From Nibricoccus sp. (GTDB lineage: Bacteria; Verrucomicrobiota; Verrucomicrobiia; Opitutales; Opitutaceae): DNA of 64,000 nucleotides. Each line of letters begins with the position of its first letter. The stretch's first letter is position 1. The notes below the pieces were generated by a model that was not told the DNA's origin, ran no database searches, and saw nothing but the letters and a program-made list of their open reading frames with translations. A program made the position numbers and the translations under genes. Positions 58,176-64,000 of this stretch are shown here, in pieces. The stretch lies in contig JASGHG010000001.1 in the NCBI GenBank assembly GCA_047602425.1, forward strand, positions 1,248,001 through 1,312,000, given 5' to 3'.

Positions 58176-61100
58176 ATGACTTCGCCATCTCTCAAGGCGC
58201 GTGTGTTCGCGCTCGTTTCCTGCATTGCCGTCAGCCTTGCCCTTCCCCTTGTCGCTAGCGCAGCCTCCACTGTGTTGCCCGTTTCAAAAACCGTCGGGAG
58301 CGGCTCAGTTCGGTACAACCTGTCCGTCACCAGCGATACCACATGGACAGCCACAACCAACGCCAGCTGGGTCACCCTGACGCAGAGCACGGGCGCCTAC
58401 TCTACCGGTATTGTCGTCACCGCCACGGCTAATTCCACCGACGCCGATCGCTCCGCGACGATCACGATCGATGGACAGACTCACACTCTCACCCAACGCG
58501 CACGCGCCACCGCAACAACCGACTGCTGGGGCATGGGTGATAATGGTTCCGGCGAACTCGGCGATTATACGGCTTCCCAACGGAGCACACCTGTTCAGAT
58601 CGCCTCCGGCACGCGAGTATGGGCCGCTTACGAACAAACATTCATCGAGAAAACCGGCGGCGGGCTCTATTCCTCTGGCTGGAACGGCGTCTGGCAGCTA
58701 GGTACTGGTTCGACCCAGCGTTCGTCCAGTATTCTCGCCCCAGTGACCGTCGCATCCATTTCCACGACGGGCGTGCTAGACATGGCCACAACCATCAACA
58801 ACAGCTACTTCATCAAGCCAGACGGCACACTCATTGCAATCGGCAGCAACTCAGACAACCAACTCGGCAACACGTCTTCGTCCTCCACGAGCACCGGCGT
58901 CACCGTCGCAACAGGGGTCAAAGCGGTAGCGGCCGGGTTCAACTTTTGCCTCTTCCTCAAGACCGACAACACCCTCTGGGGCATGGGCCGCAATGACTCC
59001 GGCCAATTAGGCGATGGTTCCACCACCACACCCAACACACCGATCCAAATTGCCACCGACGTCGTTTCGATCGCAACGGGCGACCGTCATAGTCTCTTCA
59101 TCAAAACTGACGGCTCCCTGTGGGGCATGGGGTCCAATAGCGCCAGCCAATTAGGCAATGGTAACACGACACAACAAACGACACCCATTTCCATCGCAAC
59201 CGGCGTCTCTTCCATTTCAGCGTCGTCTTCCACCAGTTTCTTTATCAAATCAGATGGGACCCTCTGGGGCATGGGATTGAGAGGCGGCGGCATCCTCGGC
59301 ATCTCTGGCGGAGGCACTCAGACCACACCCGTTCAAGTTGCGACCAATGCATCGTCGGTGGCTGCAGGCCAGGACTCCACCGCTTACATCAACACGAGCG
59401 GCCAATTGCTCACAACCGGCGACAACACCTACGGCCAACTTGGCGATGCCACCCTAAACTCCCGCGCCTTCTTCGTCGTGGTCGCAAGCGGAGTGCAAGC
59501 CGTCGCCGCCGGCTACGATCATTTCGTTTTCAAGAAAATCGACGGCTCGGTGTGGACAGTCGGCAGCAACAAAGATGGCCAACTCGCCGACAGCGCAAAC
59601 ACCAACAATTACAGACCGGTCCACGTTCTTAACGACGTCAAGGATGTCGCCGCCGGTCGCAACCATTCGCTGTTGGTCAAAACCGACGGCACACTCTGGA
59701 CGACAGGGCTAAACCTCTGGGGCGAACTTGGCGATGGGACATTCAACAACCACAATGTACCCGTGCAGGTGGCGACCAATGTTGCTGCCGCGGCCGGAGG
59801 CAACTCCCATAGTATTTTTCTAAAGAACGACGGTACTCTTTGGGGAATGGGATCCGGTTCGTCCGGAGCTTTGGGCAATGGTTCCACGTCCACCCGCACC
59901 AGCCCGACCCAGTTCGCCAGCGATGTGACCGCGATGTCCACGGGATTTGGCCACACGTTGTTCCTCAAATCCGACGGCACGCTCTGGGCCACCGGCTTGA
60001 ACGATCACGGCCAGCTCGGCGACGGCACCATCACAAACCGAACTACCCCTTATCAGGTATCTACCGGGGTCAAGGCCATCGCCGCAGGCCTGCACCACAG
60101 TATGTTTGTCAAGACCGACGGCACACTCTGGGCCATGGGTTACAATGCCTATTATCAACTCGGCAATGGTTCGACGACGGATCAACTCTCCCCGATCCAG
60201 GTTGCCAGCGACGTCGCAGCGGTCACGTGCGGAGGTTATCTCACAACAACAGCGTTCAGCCTCATCATCAAAACCGACGGCACGCTCTGGGGCGTGGGCT
60301 CCAACGGCTCTTATCAACTCGGCCGCACCTCCCCGTCCGTCGTCACCGCGTGGACCCAACTTGCCACCAACGTCAGTAAAGTCGCCGCTGGCAACTATCA
60401 CACCGTATTCGTTAAGAACGACAAAACCCTGTGGGCATGCGGTTCCAGCAGTTCGGGCCAACTCGGCAACGGAACCTCCAACTATGTTTCCACCCCACAA
60501 CTGATTGCCTCCAACATCGAGTCGGTTTCCGCCGGTTATGATTTCACGATCTTCGTCTCCTCCGGCGAAATCACAGCAGGAGCGCCTACCATTACCGCTT
60601 CTCCCCCCAATCTGATTATCGACTACAGTCTGAATGCCAGCTTCACCGCCAGCGCAATCGGCACGCCCTCTCCGACCTATCAATGGCAGGTCTCGATTAA
60701 CGGCGGCACCACTTGGACCGACCTTTCCAATACCGCTCCCTACTCCGGTGCGACATCGGCCACACTCATTATCGCCACCCCCACGGGCGCTTTCAGCGGC
60801 AACAAATATCGCTGTCTCGCAATCAACACGGCAGGCACCGCAATTAGCGATTCAGCCACGCTCACGGTCAACTCGCCGCCCGTCATCACCAGTCCGACCA
60901 CCGCCTCCGCCACGGTCGGCGCTGTATTCAGTTATCAGATCGTCGCAGACTACAGCCCAGCCAGCTACTCCGCCACCGGCCTCCCCGCCGGACTGAGCAT
61001 CAATACCAGCACTGGCGCCATCACTGGCACACCCACCAACGCCGGCGCGAAGGTCGTGACCCTTTCCGCAACCAACGCTTATGGTACGGGCACCGCCACC

Positions 61101-62786
61101 CTGACCCTGACCGTGGCCAAAGCCGCCGCTACCGTTACCCTGAGCAATATCGCCCAAGCCTACGACGGCACCCAGAAGTCCGCCACCGCTACCACCAGTC
61201 CGGCCGGATTAACCGTTGCGCTGACTTACAACGGGAGTTCGACGGCACCAACCAAGCCCGGCAGCTACCCGCTCGTCGCCACCATCAACGACGCCAACTA
61301 CTCCGGATCGACAACGGGTAACTTTGTAATCTCCGCCCTGCAAGCTCCGGTCGTTCCCGACGGCTATGCGTCCACCGCGACTGGCGGCGGCGCCCAGATT
61401 GTCACCACCGTGACCACCGCGGCTGCGCTCAAAACCGCCGCCGAAGCCACTGCTGCCGCCGTCATCACCATCGATGGCTCACTCGATCTTTCGACCCTCA
61501 GCCCAGCCGGTGTGATCAACGTCGCATCCAACAAAACCATCCAAGGCATCGATGCCGATGCCACCATCATCGGCAACCTCTCGCTAGGCACAGGCGTGCA
61601 AAACGTCGTCATCCGCGGCTTGAACATCACCAACCCCAACGGCGACGGCGTCACCCTCGCCGGCGCGAGCAATGTCTTCATCAACCATTGCACGTTCTTC
61701 AACTGCTCGGGATATCTGCTTAACATTAATTCCTTCTCAACCAGCATCACGGCGTCTTGGAACGAGTTCTACTACACAATCGCGCAAACCAGCCACCGGT
61801 ATGCAGTCCGCGTCTACAGCGTGAAAAGCAGCGGGCCTGTCGGTGTGACCGCCCCCATGTTCGTGAGCCTGCATCACAATTGGTGGTCAACGCTGTGCGA
61901 CCAAGCCCTGCCCGAGGTCGATTATGACGGCGCCTATGTTCATTTGTATAACAACTACTACAATCTTACCGGCAACACTGCCGGCATTTCGGCCCTGACC
62001 AAATCCCAGCTCCTCGTCGAGCGCAGCTATTTCACGGGCTTGAACACAGCGTTGAGCAAGAGCGGTGGCGGCCTGATCAAGGCCATCGACAATAACCTTG
62101 TCAGCATCGCGATCTCCCCCGGCGTCAACGACGACCTGGTCTTCACGCCTTCATATTCATACGAACTTATTCCTACCGCCAATTTGCCTGCAACCTTAAC
62201 CGCTCCGGCCCCCGCCGCCGGCGCAGGAAATATCGCCGGCGCTTCCTCCGTAACTCCGACCATCAAAAACGCCACTATCACCGGCGCACCGACTTCAGCG
62301 GTGGCGGCGGGCGGCGCCTTTACACTCACCGCGGCTCCCGTGGGTTTCACCGGCACGGCCTACCAGTGGCGCCTAAACAATGCGAACCTGGCCAGCGCAA
62401 CCGCCGCAACTTACCAGGTCGCAAACATGCAAAGCGCCAATGCCGGCACGTACACTGTCGTGATCAGCGGCAGTGCGTCGGGCAACGACGTGGTCAGTGC
62501 GCCAGTGTCAATCTCTCTGGCCAGCAGCAGTTCGAGTTCGTCGTCCTCAAGCAGCTCAAGCAGTTCCTCTTCCTCGGGTTCATCCTCAAGCAGCAGTTCC
62601 TCGTCGTCTTCGTCCAGCAGTTCCAGTTCCTCCTCCAGTTCCGGCGCTCCAACTCCTCCGCCCACTAACAACAGTGGTCAGGCTGGCGCACCTGGCATTT
62701 GGTTCGATCTGGCGCTTGTAACCGCGATTATCGTGAGGTTCCGGTCGCTACGGGTCCAACGAATGATCCGCGCGGACCGCGAATAA
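58176..62786 (+). CDS. Large surface protein: BACON, 14 RCC1 repeats, Ig-like/putative-Ig/MBG domains, PL1 pectate-lyase-like beta-helix, Ig, poly-Ser and C-terminal sorting-like tail
   Basis: Signal peptide; WTATTNASWVT..RSATITI; repeated K.DGTLW..G.N..GQLG; YQWQ..YRC; GLPAGLSIN..TGAITGTP; GYA..TGG, SNKTI.G, NVVIRGL, HHNWW, VHLYNNYY. Confidence 0.9.
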   Translation: MTSPSLKARVFALVSCIAVSLALPLVASAASTVLPVSKTVGSGSVRYNLSVTSDTTWTATTNASWVTLTQSTGAYSTGIVVTATANSTDADRSATITIDGQTHTLTQRARATATTDCWGMGDNGSGELGDYTASQRSTPVQIASGTRVWAAYEQTFIEKTGGGLYSSGWNGVWQLGTGSTQRSSSILAPVTVASISTTGVLDMATTINNSYFIKPDGTLIAIGSNSDNQLGNTSSSSTSTGVTVATGVKAVAAGFNFCLFLKTDNTLWGMGRNDSGQLGDGSTTTPNTPIQIATDVVSIATGDRHSLFIKTDGSLWGMGSNSASQLGNGNTTQQTTPISIATGVSSISASSSTSFFIKSDGTLWGMGLRGGGILGISGGGTQTTPVQVATNASSVAAGQDSTAYINTSGQLLTTGDNTYGQLGDATLNSRAFFVVVASGVQAVAAGYDHFVFKKIDGSVWTVGSNKDGQLADSANTNNYRPVHVLNDVKDVAAGRNHSLLVKTDGTLWTTGLNLWGELGDGTFNNHNVPVQVATNVAAAAGGNSHSIFLKNDGTLWGMGSGSSGALGNGSTSTRTSPTQFASDVTAMSTGFGHTLFLKSDGTLWATGLNDHGQLGDGTITNRTTPYQVSTGVKAIAAGLHHSMFVKTDGTLWAMGYNAYYQLGNGSTTDQLSPIQVASDVAAVTCGGYLTTTAFSLIIKTDGTLWGVGSNGSYQLGRTSPSVVTAWTQLATNVSKVAAGNYHTVFVKNDKTLWACGSSSSGQLGNGTSNYVSTPQLIASNIESVSAGYDFTIFVSSGEITAGAPTITASPPNLIIDYSLNASFTASAIGTPSPTYQWQVSINGGTTWTDLSNTAPYSGATSATLIIATPTGAFSGNKYRCLAINTAGTAISDSATLTVNSPPVITSPTTASATVGAVFSYQIVADYSPASYSATGLPAGLSINTSTGAITGTPTNAGAKVVTLSATNAYGTGTATLTLTVAKAAATVTLSNIAQAYDGTQKSATATTSPAGLTVALTYNGSSTAPTKPGSYPLVATINDANYSGSTTGNFVISALQAPVVPDGYASTATGGGAQIVTTVTTAAALKTAAEATAAAVITIDGSLDLSTLSPAGVINVASNKTIQGIDADATIIGNLSLGTGVQNVVIRGLNITNPNGDGVTLAGASNVFINHCTFFNCSGYLLNINSFSTSITASWNEFYYTIAQTSHRYAVRVYSVKSSGPVGVTAPMFVSLHHNWWSTLCDQALPEVDYDGAYVHLYNNYYNLTGNTAGISALTKSQLLVERSYFTGLNTALSKSGGGLIKAIDNNLVSIAISPGVNDDLVFTPSYSYELIPTANLPATLTAPAPAAGAGNIAGASSVTPTIKNATITGAPTSAVAAGGAFTLTAAPVGFTGTAYQWRLNNANLASATAATYQVANMQSANAGTYTVVISGSASGNDVVSAPVSISLASSSSSSSSSSSSSSSSSSGSSSSSSSSSSSSSSSSSSSSSGAPTPPPTNNSGQAGAPGIWFDLALVTAIIVRFRSLRVQRMIRADRE

Positions 62787-62830
62787 GCCTGCTCCGACCA
62801 ACCAAGGGTTACCGATCGTATGGGGGAAAA

Positions 62831-62857
62831 GCATTCGCCCTTCTGGCGGGCGAATGC
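62831..62857. other. Intergenic stem-loop
   Basis: GCATTCGCCC-n7-GGGCGAATGC 10-bp stem; A-run on the left side, no U-tract on + strand. Confidence 0.45.
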
Positions 62858-62982
62858 CTCATTGGCGGCTGGGATGTAACGGTAATATTAAAAAACAGCT
62901 GTTTGGTTGTTAGGGTTTGCCACATCCGCCGGCTCGGCGAGGAAGGAGGGGTACAACGACTTTCGGAAGGCCCCTTCGTCCC

Positions 62983-64000
62983 ATGAATACAAAACCCTGC
63001 GGCTGTTTCAGCACTTTCCTCTGCGCGCTCGGCCTTGCCGTCGCCCTGCTGGGCCTTGGCACCGATGCCATCGCAGCCACCGCTTCCGATTTTTTTTACG
63101 CCACCTTGCCCAAAACCGGAGCCGAACCGAACGACCTACCCTATCGTTACCTCGTGCCGGCGAGCTATAACTCCGCCAACGAATACCCGCTCATCGTTTT
63201 TCTCCATGGTTCCGGCGAACGCGGCAACAACAATACGGCCCAGCTCAACAACAACGCCAACGGCGCACTGCAACTGGTCTCCACCGCCAACCAGGCCGCA
63301 TATCCATGCTTCATGCTCGCACCGCAGGCCAGCGTGGCCGAAGGCTGGAATGTGAACACCCTGGCCCAAGTAGTTCGGGCGATTCAAGTCCTCGAGATGA
63401 CCTACTCGATTGATCCAAATCGGATCTACGTCACCGGCCTTTCAATGGGCGGCGGTGGCACTTGGGAAATCATCACGCGCTACCCGTTCTTTTTCGCCGC
63501 CGCCGCTCCCATGTCCGGCTGGGGCGCGGGCTCCTACGAAAAAATCGTGGGAGTCCCGATTTGGAATTTCCATAGCGTCAACGACGGCACCGTCGCCGTG
63601 AGCGGCAGCGACAATGCCGTCAGCGCCCTGCGCCAGGTAGGCGGCCGCGTCATCTACACTCGCTACGCCACCGGCGGACACGGCATCTGGCCCACCGCGT
63701 ATGCCAATTCGTATCTCCTGCCCTGGATGATGGCTCAGCGCCGCAACCAACCGATTGCGGGAACACCGATTGTCACCATCACTTCTCCCGCGGCGCACGT
63801 CGTATCGCCGGTCATCGTCACTTCGCGCAATATCACCGGCACCGCCTCTGTTCCCGGCGGCACCACGCAGGTCAACTGGACCTTCGCTCCCTGGACTGGC
63901 AGCGGCGGGGTCGACACCAGCACCTACCCACTGGCGACCGGCACGGACAATTGGTCGGTCGACAACGTCGCCAACACTTCCAGTTCAAATCTCTTCCTCG
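62983..64000 (+). CDS. Secreted alpha/beta-hydrolase (esterase/peptidase-like) modular protein, 3' truncated by window edge; absent from the ORF track
   Basis: Manual translation: signal peptide, LPYRYLVP, PLIVFLHGSGERG, RIYVTGLSMGG (GxSxG), FHSVNDGTV, GGHGIW, then an Ig-like VTITSP region. Confidence 0.88.
   Translation, partial: MNTKPCGCFSTFLCALGLAVALLGLGTDAIAATASDFFYATLPKTGAEPNDLPYRYLVPASYNSANEYPLIVFLHGSGERGNNNTAQLNNNANGALQLVSTANQAAYPCFMLAPQASVAEGWNVNTLAQVVRAIQVLEMTYSIDPNRIYVTGLSMGGGGTWEIITRYPFFFAAAAPMSGWGAGSYEKIVGVPIWNFHSVNDGTVAVSGSDNAVSALRQVGGRVIYTRYATGGHGIWPTAYANSYLLPWMMAQRRNQPIAGTPIVTITSPAAHVVSPVIVTSRNITGTASVPGGTTQVNWTFAPWTGSGGVDTSTYPLATGTDNWSVDNVANTSSSNLFL

Noticed and set aside
58520..60560. 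Regularly spaced DNA repeats as a CRISPR array
   Set aside because: They are degenerate coding RCC1 repeats about 150 nt apart; no cas genes.

Overview
GC-rich bacterial chromosomal window. Gene style suggests Verrucomicrobiota/Opitutaceae, which is an inference and not a database result. Core genes: trxB (frameshifted), ispA, mnmA, a YgiQ-type radical SAM, cardiolipin synthase, a coaD-coaE fusion, wrbA, pirin with LysR, and a sugar ABC ATPase. Glycan-acting enzymes: DUF4450-type, GH78, GH39, GH59, a six-hairpin enzyme and a GH13 debranching enzyme. Also present are a hybrid sensor kinase, one decayed IS5-family element inserted at the ispA stop codon, two small palindromic REP/MITE-like elements, several AT-richer orphan genes and large modular secreted proteins at both ends. 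No rRNA, tRNA or CRISPR array was seen. Best leads: (1) a shared poly-Ser / Pro-rich / GAPxxWF-TM-basic C-terminal tag on two unrelated surface proteins, with a rhomboid protease in the window (GlyGly-CTERM/rhombosortase-like sorting hypothesis); (2) a solo HEPN-like RxxxxH gene; (3) a CoaD-CoaE fusion; (4) an apparently catalytically dead PL1 pectate-lyase domain in a 14-repeat RCC1 surface protein; (5) two genes interrupted by an early in-frame TGA-CA(A/G). All family assignments come from motif recognition by eye; no searches were run.
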